Origin: a virus
Lineage: Duplodnaviria > Caudoviricetes
DNA length: 64,000 nucleotides
Virus record (IMG/VR): IMGVR_UViG_3300006153_000386
Coordinates: 32,438-96,437 of that record
Direction: 5' to 3' (one strand)
Positions 1 to 9,966 of this stretch are shown one piece after another. Positions within the stretch are counted from its first letter, which is position 1. Each line of letters begins with the position of its first letter. The notes under the pieces were generated by a model. That model saw only the letters and a list, made by a program, of their open reading frames with translations, did no database searches and was not told the DNA's origin. The translations under genes were made by a program, and so were the position numbers.

Positions 1-865
1 GTATTTTCAGATATATCAATTTATAAGCATCTGATTCTGATTTTGCTTTAGCTAAATCCTTCGCATCATCTATATTTAAAATTTCTGTTATAAGACCTAG
101 AAAGGGACTATATAAATATGTAAAATCGTTATGATATTTAATACATAAAGAATTTTCGTATGGAATCATGACCATATTGTTTAATGATATTTCCTTAGAC
201 TGTGTAATTAACTCCTGCAGTTCAGATGGTAATGTTTCATATAAATCATTATCAATTAAACTTCGATTTATTGCAAATCCAAATACATTTCCACCAATAT
301 TTTTCTTTATTTCACAATACATTGGATTTAGGAAATATAAAGAAGTTTCAATATCATTTTCTACAATATATGCAAAACAAGCATCTTCAACAAACAATCT
401 ACGCATAATGTCGGTAATATGATTATCCAACTTAAACTTATTTACTTGTGCAACATATTTATAGTAATTCGTTCTTATTTGTTTTGATAATTTATCATCT
501 GGGGAATATGCTTTTGCGGTTTTTGCTTCTAAATCTACAGTCCAATTTATAATCCCCATATTAGCAAAATAGTCTATAAGTCTTTTGTAATATCCGCTCT
601 TTAAATACATATATCTGGAAAGTCTTACAATATTTTTTCCATATCGTTCAGGATATTGAGACATATTTTGTATCTGATTTCTTGTAAATCCACATATGCG
701 ATTATGCCTAAATGCACCTTTATAAGACAACTCAGACAAAACAAGCCTTTTCAAACTATATACATCAAAAGACGGTGACTTTTTATCTAAGAAATCATTG
801 ACATTTTTTGTGTCCTGTTGAAACTGTTCTTTTATTGCCCCGTTGTTATTTGTATTTTCTTCTAT
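1..865 (-). CDS. Phage portal protein, 5' part (SPbeta YonE-like position); runs off the window
   Basis: Open frame read by hand from an ATA at 865 after RBS AAAGGCGGTG (EENTNNNG...LSRYMYLKSGYYKRLIDYFANMG...); lies directly downstream of terminase large subunit. Confidence 0.7.
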   Translation of the reverse strand, partial: MEENTNNNGAIKEQFQQDTKNVNDFLDKKSPSFDVYSLKRLVLSELSYKGAFRHNRICGFTRNQIQNMSQYPERYGKNIVRLSRYMYLKSGYYKRLIDYFANMGIINWTVDLEAKTAKAYSPDDKLSKQIRTNYYKYVAQVNKFKLDNHITDIMRRLFVEDACFAYIVENDIETSLYFLNPMYCEIKKNIGGNVFGFAINRSLIDNDLYETLPSELQELITQSKEISLNNMVMIPYENSLCIKYHNDFTYLYSPFLGLITEILNIDDAKDLAKAKSESDAYKLIYLKI

Positions 866-882
866 ATTGAATCACCGCCTTT

Positions 883-2634
883 CTAATGAGAATATAATTT
901 GGGTTTTCGTGCAAGAGCAGTGAGAGAGGATACATTGGTATTATTTTTTTTTGACTTAATAGCACTGCAATATTCAGTAATGTAAAATATCAGATAACTT
1001 AATGCAGAAAAGCGGTCTTTATCTACTTTTTTCACGACCTTTTCTACAGATAAAGCACCATTTGTCATATGCTTTAATTTTAAGTTTGCTATTTCCTCAA
1101 ATAATAAATCAGTTTGTATGTAAGGTAATACTCTTAAATCCATATTTTGTTTATCTTTAGGAGAAAAATCTGTGTCTTGCTTTTTCTCAAGCAACTTTAA
1201 TTTGCCACTTTCAACAGCATCTATAAAATCAGCAACTACTTTACTCTGAAAATGCTGTGCTTTCATATCAAACAAACATTTTTCAGCATCTCTAACCTCT
1301 GGTTGGTTATCGGTGTTCATTGTATTCCAACATCCAAGATACTCTCCAGTAATCGGATCATAAGATTCCTTTAACAACTCATCTATCAATCCTGCACCCA
1401 ATCCATTCCCATCTGCAATAACTGCTTTTGCTAGGAAATTCTTTTTGGTCTTTTTCACCAAACATGCCTGTGCTGAAAAGTTCATTGCATTAGATACTGT
1501 CATAATATTTGGAATTTCAATAGATACAATCCTATTCGATTCTTTATTTCTTATAACTCGTCCAATTGCAATAGAAGATTGGTTATTTGTTGCTTTCTGA
1601 CTACGAGCAACGTCTACACCAAGATAAAATTCTTCATCCAATTTATTGAAATTAATCATTGGTGTGGTTAATGTCCGGCAAATCATTAACTTGTTTATAT
1701 CAACTAATGCACCGTCTGAAGAACCAACCCACTCTTGTTCATAGTTTTGCGCAAAAGCAATAGGAGAGGAGGTACTTTTTTTTCTTAATATCTGACTTTT
1801 ATTACTACCTCTGCCATACCAACACGGTAGCATCCAACTTGCACCAAGAACGATTTGTCCTTTCAATTCGCACATATTGTCATACATGTCTATAGAGCGT
1901 TGGTATTCATCGGAGCCACGGAAACCAGATGTTGTGAAGAAATGTATTTGTTGATTTAATTCCTGTGGATCTACGAGAGCCATTTTACCCACAGTATATC
2001 TAGGAACCTCTGTTACAGGTTCAAGAGCATCTTGATATAATTCGTTATTTAAAAGAGCAGCTTCTTCAATTTTTAATCTTCTTCGTCTTTGTCCTTTGGT
2101 TGTCTGCGCATTTGCAATAGCATCTATAGAACTTCCGTTTTTAAACTGAATTAATGCATCACCTTTAATAAATTTAGGTTCTTTTTCTAATTCGTTTTCA
2201 ATAAGAGGGAATTTATTTCGTATTTCATTAAATTTAGACTTTAATAAATCTGCTGCATTTTCTTTCGTCTGAGCTGAAATGGCAAGTTCAATTTGCGGAA
2301 AAAGAATAGCCACTATAACACAAGACAAAACCTCATTGAATGTTTTAGCATATCCACGACTGAATGTACCATACATATTCATAAATCGCACATCTGACCT
2401 CAAAAAAACTCTTTGATCAAAATGCATATTGAAGTTACTTTTTTCAGTGCGCAATAAGTCTATAAACAAATCTGGATACCATCTTGCCCAGCTTATAAAT
2501 TCATAGTAGTTATATAAGTTTTTTCCAAATACAGAATCATCTTGTATAGCAAGTATTCTTTCCTTGATTGACTCATCAGTCATCAGATGAAAATCATTCA
2601 TCTGCATCGTCCTCACTTCCATCTGACAAGTCAT
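883..2634 (-). CDS. Terminase large subunit (likely start ATG 2607)
   Basis: Walker A-like FSRGYAKT, Walker B LKIEEA, motif III TTSG, RNase H-like GVDVAR and C-terminal KDRFSA. Confidence 0.9.
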   Translation of the reverse strand: MTCQMEVRTMQMNDFHLMTDESIKERILAIQDDSVFGKNLYNYYEFISWARWYPDLFIDLLRTEKSNFNMHFDQRVFLRSDVRFMNMYGTFSRGYAKTFNEVLSCVIVAILFPQIELAISAQTKENAADLLKSKFNEIRNKFPLIENELEKEPKFIKGDALIQFKNGSSIDAIANAQTTKGQRRRRLKIEEAALLNNELYQDALEPVTEVPRYTVGKMALVDPQELNQQIHFFTTSGFRGSDEYQRSIDMYDNMCELKGQIVLGASWMLPCWYGRGSNKSQILRKKSTSSPIAFAQNYEQEWVGSSDGALVDINKLMICRTLTTPMINFNKLDEEFYLGVDVARSQKATNNQSSIAIGRVIRNKESNRIVSIEIPNIMTVSNAMNFSAQACLVKKTKKNFLAKAVIADGNGLGAGLIDELLKESYDPITGEYLGCWNTMNTDNQPEVRDAEKCLFDMKAQHFQSKVVADFIDAVESGKLKLLEKKQDTDFSPKDKQNMDLRVLPYIQTDLLFEEIANLKLKHMTNGALSVEKVVKKVDKDRFSALSYLIFYITEYCSAIKSKKNNTNVSSLTALARKPKLYSH

Positions 2635-3772
2635 CGTAATCGCTTGGCAATATAATGAATTTTTCTATATTCGGTCTGTTTTTTAACATAGTGTCATTGG
2701 CTTCTGTAAATACACCGTTTGGATCACCATACTGCCTCAGATATTCTTCCATTTTATCATCATAAAATTTGTAAATATCTTTGTATTCTATTGGTGGTAA
2801 TCCTTTTAGTTTTCGTGCGTAACTTATATAACAATAAATATTAAAATCTGGAGCATCATGTGGTTGAGTCTTATATTTTGGCAATATATTGATTACATCT
2901 GTTGCTTGCTCAATTGCTAATGTTAATTCACTAAAACTATTTACTCCTTTTTGTAGATCGGCGGCAGATAATTGTTTTGGTGTTAATTTCCCGTTTGATG
3001 CTGCGTTCTGTGCTGCGTCATACCATTTTTTAGCTTCATCTACATTACCAGCGGCAGTAGCCATTTCTTCCTTTACCTTAAAACGAACATAAGTTGCAAG
3101 AGCCTCTTGGTGTAAATTTGTTTGTAAGGTGTAATTGAGTTTAAGTTTTTCGTATTTCTCGTACATTTTTTTATACTCAACAGTAGTATATCCGTCTCCA
3201 AACAAATCTTTTATATTATCTGTAACCTCAAAATCTTCAATGCTTGAATAGTGTTTATCCTTTACAGTTTGTTTTACAGTATTTCCAATATTTACGCTTG
3301 CTGCTTGTACACCTTGTTTCCTGACAAATCCTTCTTTTTCGCTATCTCCATATGACTTATTTGCAACCTGTCTAAGCGTATTGAGGTTTTTAAAATACAA
3401 CCCAATAATATCTTCACCATGATATTTAATGTCATTATCTTCAATATATGAATGTTCTTTTTTATATTGTTTTACTGCTGATTGAAGAACATCTTTATAA
3501 TATGGACGATCTATCTGTCGCAGTACAGATTTAAATTTTTCCTCATCTATTTCTCCTGATTTATTTAAACTCAGCCGTTTTATACAATTTTTACACCAAG
3601 GTAATTTTCCATCTTTATGCATAGGATTTTTGCTTAGATAAAAATCTCCTAATGGATGTACATTCTTATTTTCTTCTGGTGGACAAGCCAGACATATTTT
3701 CTTTTGTGTTTCTTTTTTTGCACCTTTAGTAGCCGTACTTACCACCTCCTGTATTTCAAATAAATTAAGCAC
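2594..3772 (-). CDS. Putative terminase small subunit (YonG-like) with N-terminal Zn finger; likely start near 3736
   Basis: CxxC...CKNC; overlaps the start of terL. Confidence 0.55.
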   Translation of the reverse strand: MLNLFEIQEVVSTATKGAKKETQKKICLACPPEENKNVHPLGDFYLSKNPMHKDGKLPWCKNCIKRLSLNKSGEIDEEKFKSVLRQIDRPYYKDVLQSAVKQYKKEHSYIEDNDIKYHGEDIIGLYFKNLNTLRQVANKSYGDSEKEGFVRKQGVQAASVNIGNTVKQTVKDKHYSSIEDFEVTDNIKDLFGDGYTTVEYKKMYEKYEKLKLNYTLQTNLHQEALATYVRFKVKEEMATAAGNVDEAKKWYDAAQNAASNGKLTPKQLSAADLQKGVNSFSELTLAIEQATDVINILPKYKTQPHDAPDFNIYCYISYARKLKGLPPIEYKDIYKFYDDKMEEYLRQYGDPNGVFTEANDTMLKNRPNIEKFIILPSDYDDLSDGSEDDADE

Positions 3773-5006
3773 TAACTTCCGAAGAAGCAGTGCTTTTTAA
3801 ATAATTTTCATAATACATCCATTTTAATTTTTCTTTGGTTATAGGGTGCTTTCCAGCACTTTTAATTTGTCCTATACAACACCCTGAAATATTTTGAATA
3901 CCATAGTGATTTTCGGCATCAACTATTGAATTAAATATTTCGCCAGTATTTAAACACACTACCTTGTGCCTACTAGCACTTCGTCTTGATTCAGTTGGAT
4001 CATAATTGCACAATCCTAAATCATTACATATTTTTAAGTATTTAGATACTGTGGTAGTTTTCTTTGATAAATTTAATTCTTGTTTGATTTCAGAAGTTGT
4101 ATATCCTTGATTCCATAGATTACATATTTGCATCATAATTGATGTCAAACAATCTTTTTCGCATTTATCCCAATCAATAAGAGATAAATCGTATTTTTGA
4201 GATAAAGTAGAATTTATTATAGAATTTTTAATCCATTCTTTATCTGTATATCTTGCATCAATAATTATGTAGGTTATATCTGTAAATCCATTTTCTTTTG
4301 CTAATTTTTCTTTTAAGTAGTCATTATATTTTTCTTCTTCTAATGTTCTTGCGCCAAATTGTTGAAAACCATGTTCATAATGCTGCAACCCGTGTACTTC
4401 ACAAATAATATTATCAAAATAAAAATCATATTTCTTATTTTGTGCCCAATTAAATCTTTTTTGCATTTGAAAATCAAGTCCAAGTTGTAATAAAGCAGAA
4501 CGCATAAATTTTTCGGGCTTACTAAAACCATCATTACACATTTCGCAATATAACCCATTGTGCGTAACACTATGTACTTTTCGTATTTGTGTATGTCCGC
4601 AATCAGGACACTTCCATTTTACTGATTTTCTACTTGTTTTACCAACCTTATATCCATCAGAAGGATTATTTAGTAGTTTTGCAAATTCTGGAGCAGTACT
4701 CCATAAGTCATTCAACCCAATTTTAATAGACGTACTATTACCACCATGTTTGAATCCGGCTTTATGATTAGAACACTTTGGACATCCAGAGCAACCGTTT
4801 AATATTGAATCAGCACGAGGTTCCCATTCATAACCACATTTTATATGTCTTATTAAAATTTTATCTCTTAATTTTGTATATTTCCCTATTGCCTTATATT
4901 CACCATTGCGCTTTTCTAATAATTCTTTTTCAAAATCCTTTTGCGTTTTTCTTTTTGACATTTTCCCTAACCTGCTTTCCCTAACCTCAAAATTCCATTT
5001 AAGCAA
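3765..5006 (-). CDS. Zinc-ribbon homing-endonuclease-like protein
   Basis: Repeated HxxCG..CPxC and WKCPDCGH zinc ribbons, nuclease-like YDF...ICEVHGLQH, C-terminal NUMOD-like VVCLNTGEIFNSI. Confidence 0.65.
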   Translation of the reverse strand: MLKWNFEVRESRLGKMSKRKTQKDFEKELLEKRNGEYKAIGKYTKLRDKILIRHIKCGYEWEPRADSILNGCSGCPKCSNHKAGFKHGGNSTSIKIGLNDLWSTAPEFAKLLNNPSDGYKVGKTSRKSVKWKCPDCGHTQIRKVHSVTHNGLYCEMCNDGFSKPEKFMRSALLQLGLDFQMQKRFNWAQNKKYDFYFDNIICEVHGLQHYEHGFQQFGARTLEEEKYNDYLKEKLAKENGFTDITYIIIDARYTDKEWIKNSIINSTLSQKYDLSLIDWDKCEKDCLTSIMMQICNLWNQGYTTSEIKQELNLSKKTTTVSKYLKICNDLGLCNYDPTESRRSASRHKVVCLNTGEIFNSIVDAENHYGIQNISGCCIGQIKSAGKHPITKEKLKWMYYENYLKSTASSEVSA

Positions 5007-5197
5007 CGAGAGAGTGGGTGAGGTTAGTAACCCATAATCGGTAGCTACTCCGATTATTTCTCTCGCTTGATACGACTAATTGCTATTGAAAGCAAACGAT
5101 CCTCTCATAGCCGTTATTTATTTATTTCTCCATTCACTATTTGATTTTGCTTGTGCCATAAGCACCATCCTTTCATTTTCAAAATTATTTGTTCAAT

Positions 5198-5225
5198 TAA
5201 AAAAGACAGCCATGATGACTGTCTG
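5198..5225 (-). terminator. Intrinsic terminator after tRNA-Pro
   Basis: AGACAGTCAT-C-ATGGCTGTCT hairpin followed by T-run on the minus strand. Confidence 0.7.
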
Positions 5226-5228
5226 AAA

Positions 5229-5301
5229 TTTGAATAGCAGGACTCGAACCTACAACGTCTGGTTTCCAAAACCAGCGGACTACCAATTGTCCTATATTCA
5301 G
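5229..5301 (-). tRNA. tRNA-Pro(UGG), C1:A72 mismatch
   Basis: Cloverleaf: anticodon arm CTGGT-TTTGGAA-ACCAG, T arm GTAGG-TTCGAGT-CCTGC. Confidence 0.85.
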
Positions 5302-5381
5302 TGAAATATTTTATGTATCAATATAAAATTAAAAGGTTTTATGATATAATGTTGTAAAAAATAGAAGGAGTGTTGTGCTAA

Positions 5382-6446
5382 ATGTATATAGAAAGACCCG
5401 AATTATTGGAATCAATAAGGAAATCTATTTTAGAAAATAGAATTACATTTATATATGGAATGGCTGGTGTTGGGAAAACAACAATATGCAGTCAATGTCT
5501 TAGCAAATATTTTAGCAATCAAAATATACATACAATAAGACCATATTCTTCCGACGTATCACTTTTAACACATAAATTTGATGAAGGAATATATGTGTTT
5601 GAAGATTTTAGTCATGAATGGATAAATACAAATATAATATATGAAATATGCAAAATACCATCCTATATAAATTCAAAATTTATATTTATATTAAGAGAAA
5701 GAACTTTAGTAAAGCAAAACCATTTTATTGATGCTATAAAGCCTTATATTCATATGATTGAAGTAACACCGCTTTCACATCAAGAGATGAATAATTTGTT
5801 TGATAATTTTTATTCTCTTCGTAATAATATGTTTTTGGATAAAATATATGATATAACCCAAGGTAACGCATTACTAGCACATGAAATTGGACATTTTCTT
5901 TTACATCAGAAAATTAAAGAGAATAATTTAAGTTTATTATATACACCTTGTATAGTTGATAAGTATGGTAACAAAATTGATGAAATAGACAGCTCAACTA
6001 AAATTATAGTTACAGAAATAAATGATCAATTATTAGATGAATTAGCTAAAAAACCAGAATTACTACATAATCTTTCTTCATATGATTTTGAACGTGTTAT
6101 TGCTAAAATATTTGAAAAACAAGGATTTTCTGTTGAAATCACACCAAGAACCCGTGATGGAGGGAAGGATATTTTTATTGCAAAACAAGGACTTGCATCA
6201 TTTTTATTTTATGTTGAATGTAAAAAATATTCTCCTAATAAACCTGTTGGAATTGATGTTATACAGCGTTTATATGGGGTTATATCTGCTGAAAAAGCAA
6301 ATGGAGGTTTTATTGCAACTACCTCATATTTTACAAAACCAGCAGAAGATTATATTAAAGAGCATAATCTTGAACATCAATTAACATTGCAAGATTACAA
6401 TAAAATTTCAGATATTTTAAAATCACTACAACATAACACACAATGA
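5382..6446 (+). CDS. P-loop NTPase fused to Mrr_cat (type IV-like) restriction endonuclease
   Basis: Walker A GMAGVGKT; C-terminal LSSYDFE...DGGKDI...VECKKY...TTSYFT; opposite orientation to neighbours. Confidence 0.8.
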   Translation: MYIERPELLESIRKSILENRITFIYGMAGVGKTTICSQCLSKYFSNQNIHTIRPYSSDVSLLTHKFDEGIYVFEDFSHEWINTNIIYEICKIPSYINSKFIFILRERTLVKQNHFIDAIKPYIHMIEVTPLSHQEMNNLFDNFYSLRNNMFLDKIYDITQGNALLAHEIGHFLLHQKIKENNLSLLYTPCIVDKYGNKIDEIDSSTKIIVTEINDQLLDELAKKPELLHNLSSYDFERVIAKIFEKQGFSVEITPRTRDGGKDIFIAKQGLASFLFYVECKKYSPNKPVGIDVIQRLYGVISAEKANGGFIATTSYFTKPAEDYIKEHNLEHQLTLQDYNKISDILKSLQHNTQ

Positions 6447-6488
6447 AACAATTCTTCTAAGGATAGAGGAGCAGTAGTTAAGCTGCTC

Positions 6489-7337
6489 CTATTTTGTTAA
6501 ACAGTCCAGTATCTTTTGTCTTTCTCTTAATAGATATTCTCGATCATAATAACTTTGAAGAGGTTTGGCATCTGGATATTTTGTATCGAAGAATGAAATT
6601 AACATATTCACTCTTTGAACAATTGGTAATCCCATTCCAAGTAGCAATATATTTTGTTCTTGAAGAAACGCAATTTTTTCATTGTATTCATTTGTAAGAT
6701 TATCACGAGTTAATTCATTTAAACCAACACCAAGATAAGTTTTTATCTCTAATGCAGAACATCCTGTGGCAATTCTATTAATAATATTTGCCTCTCTTGA
6801 AAAATCAGAATCATCACCAGGACGACCACATGCATTATAAATTGTCTTAGATATTGCCTCACACATAGGTCTATAATTTGCTCGTTGTGGATTTCTTGTA
6901 GACCACCATTTTTCATTATCAACAACTATTCTTTCCATTAAACAGAAGTAATCTCTTAACTCCGTTCCATTTTCATTATTTTGTACCATACATAAATGCT
7001 CAGCCATTCGCAATGTTATGGAATATTCATTTGTTGTAGAACCACCAATTTCTCTCGTTACTTTTTTTTGAGTAACGAGGAAATCTTTATCTTCTGCAAA
7101 ATGATATTTCTTAATTCTTTTAGAAATCCAATCATTAAAACGAGTTGCCTTTTGAATACTCCCATTATCATCAGTTATTAATTGTATATATAATTCTCTT
7201 GCATCAATAGAAAAATCGTTGCTTGATAAATTTTCTTTATCAAATATAGTTGGATACTTCTTTTGACATTTTAGTACTAATTCAATTTCTGATTCAGTGC
7301 AACCTAACCTTTGCAGTTCCTTTTTGTTAAATCTCAT
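6489..7337 (-). CDS. AntA/AntB-type phage antirepressor
   Basis: IDARELY...RFNDWI...MAEHLCM...G..LRDYF signature. Confidence 0.8.
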   Translation of the reverse strand: MRFNKKELQRLGCTESEIELVLKCQKKYPTIFDKENLSSNDFSIDARELYIQLITDDNGSIQKATRFNDWISKRIKKYHFAEDKDFLVTQKKVTREIGGSTTNEYSITLRMAEHLCMVQNNENGTELRDYFCLMERIVVDNEKWWSTRNPQRANYRPMCEAISKTIYNACGRPGDDSDFSREANIINRIATGCSALEIKTYLGVGLNELTRDNLTNEYNEKIAFLQEQNILLLGMGLPIVQRVNMLISFFDTKYPDAKPLQSYYDREYLLRERQKILDCLTK

Positions 7338-7572
7338 ATAAAATTCTCCTTACTTCCACACTAAGCAGTGGATGCTAGTTTTTGTTTATACGTTATTTGC
7401 AGATAACGAATCGTCATCTCATACAGAGTAACCGCTGCAACAGTTACCCAAGTAAGGAGAGGGTAGTAATTACCCTGTATGAAATGGCGAAAACAACACA
7501 AAAGAGCCATGATATTTCACATGACTCTTTCAAAAATCTTATTAAATTTACCCTTTGAAATGCTTATTTAAA

Positions 7573-7661
7573 CGCCGGAGTGAGGTGTCGATCCCCATAC
7601 GATTCATTATCGTACCCACTGTTTTCAAGACAGGTTCAGAAGCCGTTCTGATTACTTCGGC
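7573..7661 (-). tRNA. tRNA-Ser(UGA), atypical, possible 8/4 fold
   Basis: Anticodon loop CTTGAAA, long variable arm TACGAT/ATCGTA, G73, T loop ATCGACA, 6-bp D stem. Confidence 0.75.
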
Positions 7662-7665
7662 AAAA

Positions 7666-7757
7666 CGCAGATATTCGGACTTGAACCGAAACGCCGTCAT
7701 AGGACGACTACTGGAAGATTAGCAGTCTTCTCCCTTACCAATTAGGGTTATATCTGC
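7666..7757 (-). tRNA. tRNA-Ser(GCU)
   Basis: GCAGATA/TATCTGC acceptor, GAAGA-CTGCTAA-TCTTC anticodon arm, long variable arm, G73. Confidence 0.9.
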
Positions 7758-7801
7758 ATATGATTAGGAGAGCAGCAATACTAAACTACTCTCCACATTT
7801 T

Positions 7802-8098
7802 TTAATGTGAATTCTCCCAAACAAGATCCACACCATACTGCAAATTATCAATAAATCTTAATTCACTAAGATTATATGTCCTCAATAATTCAGTACATTT
7901 TTCCTCAAATCTATCCTTGTCTTCCTCTTCATAAATCACGTTTTCAAATTGACCAGTTGGAGTATAAACAATCTTATCAATTAAATTCCCTGAATCATCT
8001 TCAACTTTCTCAACAGTTTCCTTCATAATTTCCTTTTTTACTTGTAAGAAAGAGAAGTGTCCATTGTTCTTCTTATCTTGAATTAATATAGAATACAT
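7802..8098 (-). CDS. Hypothetical phage protein
   Basis: ORF with GGAGG RBS in operon. Confidence 0.6.
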   Translation of the reverse strand: MYSILIQDKKNNGHFSFLQVKKEIMKETVEKVEDDSGNLIDKIVYTPTGQFENVIYEEEDKDRFEEKCTELLRTYNLSELRFIDNLQYGVDLVWENSH

Positions 8099-8109
8099 AA
8101 CAGTGCCTC

Positions 8110-8571
8110 CTACAATGTCTGTTCAATAGTCTCTTCAAAACTGTTAACGTGACTCCTGGCAATCTCCAAAAGTTCTTTAATTCTTGCGATTACCTTTGTC
8201 TCAAAGAGAATTGTCTTTGCCTGAGCCAAGACATGCTTATCTGCAAAAATAGTTCCATCAAGCTCAGAATCAAGAATTTTCTTTGCATCAATAGAAATAG
8301 AAACCTCGAAATTTTCATCAAGCATAAATTCTTTATTATTCAGATCCAGATTTACTTCAACAGCATTTGCCTCAGTAGAAACTACAGGAAGTCCATCAGA
8401 TACAATGAATTTATCTTTAAACTCAATATCCGCATATCTAAGGAGCTGCGGAGTATCCTCCAGCATAGCCAATTCACTTTCAGCGGTCACAGATGCAGTT
8501 CCCCACTCAGATGGTTTAATTACGGTTGTATATGTATCATTTTCAATGCTTCTGATAGGTAAAATTTTCAT
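8110..8571 (-). CDS. Hypothetical phage protein
   Basis: ORF coupled to upstream gene. Confidence 0.6.
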   Translation of the reverse strand: MKILPIRSIENDTYTTVIKPSEWGTASVTAESELAMLEDTPQLLRYADIEFKDKFIVSDGLPVVSTEANAVEVNLDLNNKEFMLDENFEVSISIDAKKILDSELDGTIFADKHVLAQAKTILFETKVIARIKELLEIARSHVNSFEETIEQTL

Positions 8572-8861
8572 TATGTATTGTCCTCACTTTCTTCGTATTC
8601 TAATTCATTATACAAATCACGAAATATAATATAAATATCTCGAATTACTTTTTTGGATAAGGCACAATTCAAATCTTGATATTTGAAGTCCGTATTATCC
8701 ATTAACAAATCTACTTTATTTGTTGTTCTATTTACATTAAATTGTGCAATAGTAGCAGAAGAAAAAAGTAGTTCTGCTTGTTCTAATTTTCTTCCTCCAT
8801 CACTACGAATTGTTCTTACTTCACCTAATCTTAAAGGTCTATCAATATCATAATTTGCCAT
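8571..8861 (-). CDS. Hypothetical phage protein
   Basis: ORF with AGGTG RBS. Confidence 0.6.
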   Translation of the reverse strand: MANYDIDRPLRLGEVRTIRSDGGRKLEQAELLFSSATIAQFNVNRTTNKVDLLMDNTDFKYQDLNCALSKKVIRDIYIIFRDLYNELEYEESEDNT

Positions 8862-8900
8862 TTTATCACCTGCTTTCTTTAGATATTTATAAAATAATAG

Positions 8901-8981
8901 TCGGTGGAGTAGGATTTGAACCTACGAATCAATTGAAACAAATTTACAGTTCGCCCGCTTTAACCACTTGCATATCCACCG
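8901..8981 (-). tRNA. tRNA-Tyr(GUA) with C1-G72
   Basis: CGGTGGA/TCCACCG acceptor, loop CTGTAAA, T arm GTAGG-TTCAAAT-CCTAC, A73. Confidence 0.85.
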
Positions 8982-9435
8982 TTATAGAAAAATGATAGAA
9001 AATAGAATGGGGTAGGAGAGTACAGAAGACTCTCCAGACATGCACATAAAATTTCGAAATGTTCATACTTAATGCATGAATAGACTCCATAATTGGAGAA
9101 AATAGATTTTTCAAAAACTTTTCGTTTAACCTTTCAATACTTACTACGGCAGTTGTCAGCTTATTATAGTTTCGGTTATTACTATTTACTGCCTGTGACA
9201 GTTATACATCCGCAAAGGATATAGGTTGAGTTCCACATTATATAATTGTTTATTAATTTATTATATGATTAATGATTGATTTAGAGGAATTAATTGACAA
9301 TATAGGTGATATTTTACAGAATAATAACAAGCACTGCCTAAGTACGGTAGGACGGTTTGTCCTTCTGCCAAGGGACTGTGACCCTCCATTTACATAGAAT
9401 TCTGAAAGGGAATCTGGGAAAGGAGGGCAGAACAG

Positions 9436-9540
9436 ATGTTGATATTGGAAGGACTTATTGCAGTGTTGGTTTTTGGCCTGACCTGCTTCGGACTTGGATA
9501 TGCCATCGGAAACGATGATAGAAACAATTCACAAAAATAA
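9436..9540 (+). CDS. Small hydrophobic peptide, type I toxin / holin-like toxin candidate (34 aa)
   Basis: MLILEGLIAVLVFGLTCFGLGYAIGNDDRNNSQK; RBS GGAGGG complementary to upstream CCCTCC; TTGACA near 9294; 3' hairpin. Confidence 0.65.
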   Translation: MLILEGLIAVLVFGLTCFGLGYAIGNDDRNNSQK

Positions 9541-9599
9541 CCGCCCAGGCCCTAATCTGATGCGGTTATAATCTTTTATACCTATTCAATTCAATAGGT

Positions 9600-9902
9600 T
9601 TATTTTGTAAAGTTATTTTTCAGAATACATTGTCCACCAGAAAAACTAATTTCATCCCAACCATTAGTTTTTGCTTTCTCTGTGAACCACTCTTGAACTT
9701 TTTGAGTTACTTTTTGCATATCCTCATCATCCCCATGTTCCTGATTATAAATTCCTAAAACTTTTTTACTGTCAACAATTGTATTAGGATCATTTTTAGA
9801 TCTGTCATCTGGATCTGGAAAAACATATTTTCTCGACATTTTCATTTTGCCTCCTTTGAATTTATATAGATGTATTATATAATAAAACTCATATAAATTC
9901 AA
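9600..9902 (-). CDS. Hypothetical protein (likely start about 9845)
   Basis: ORF; GGAGG before MKMSRK. Confidence 0.55.
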   Translation of the reverse strand: MNLYEFYYIIHLYKFKGGKMKMSRKYVFPDPDDRSKNDPNTIVDSKKVLGIYNQEHGDDEDMQKVTQKVQEWFTEKAKTNGWDEISFSGGQCILKNNFTK

Positions 9903-9966
9903 TTATATTTTGTATTTTAGGGTTTTGGGATTGAAATAAATGAAATTGGAGTTTCAAGACAAATAC

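Noticed and set aside
168-422. Plus-strand ORFs 168..422 and 226..408
   Set aside because: Antisense shadows of the minus-strand portal frame
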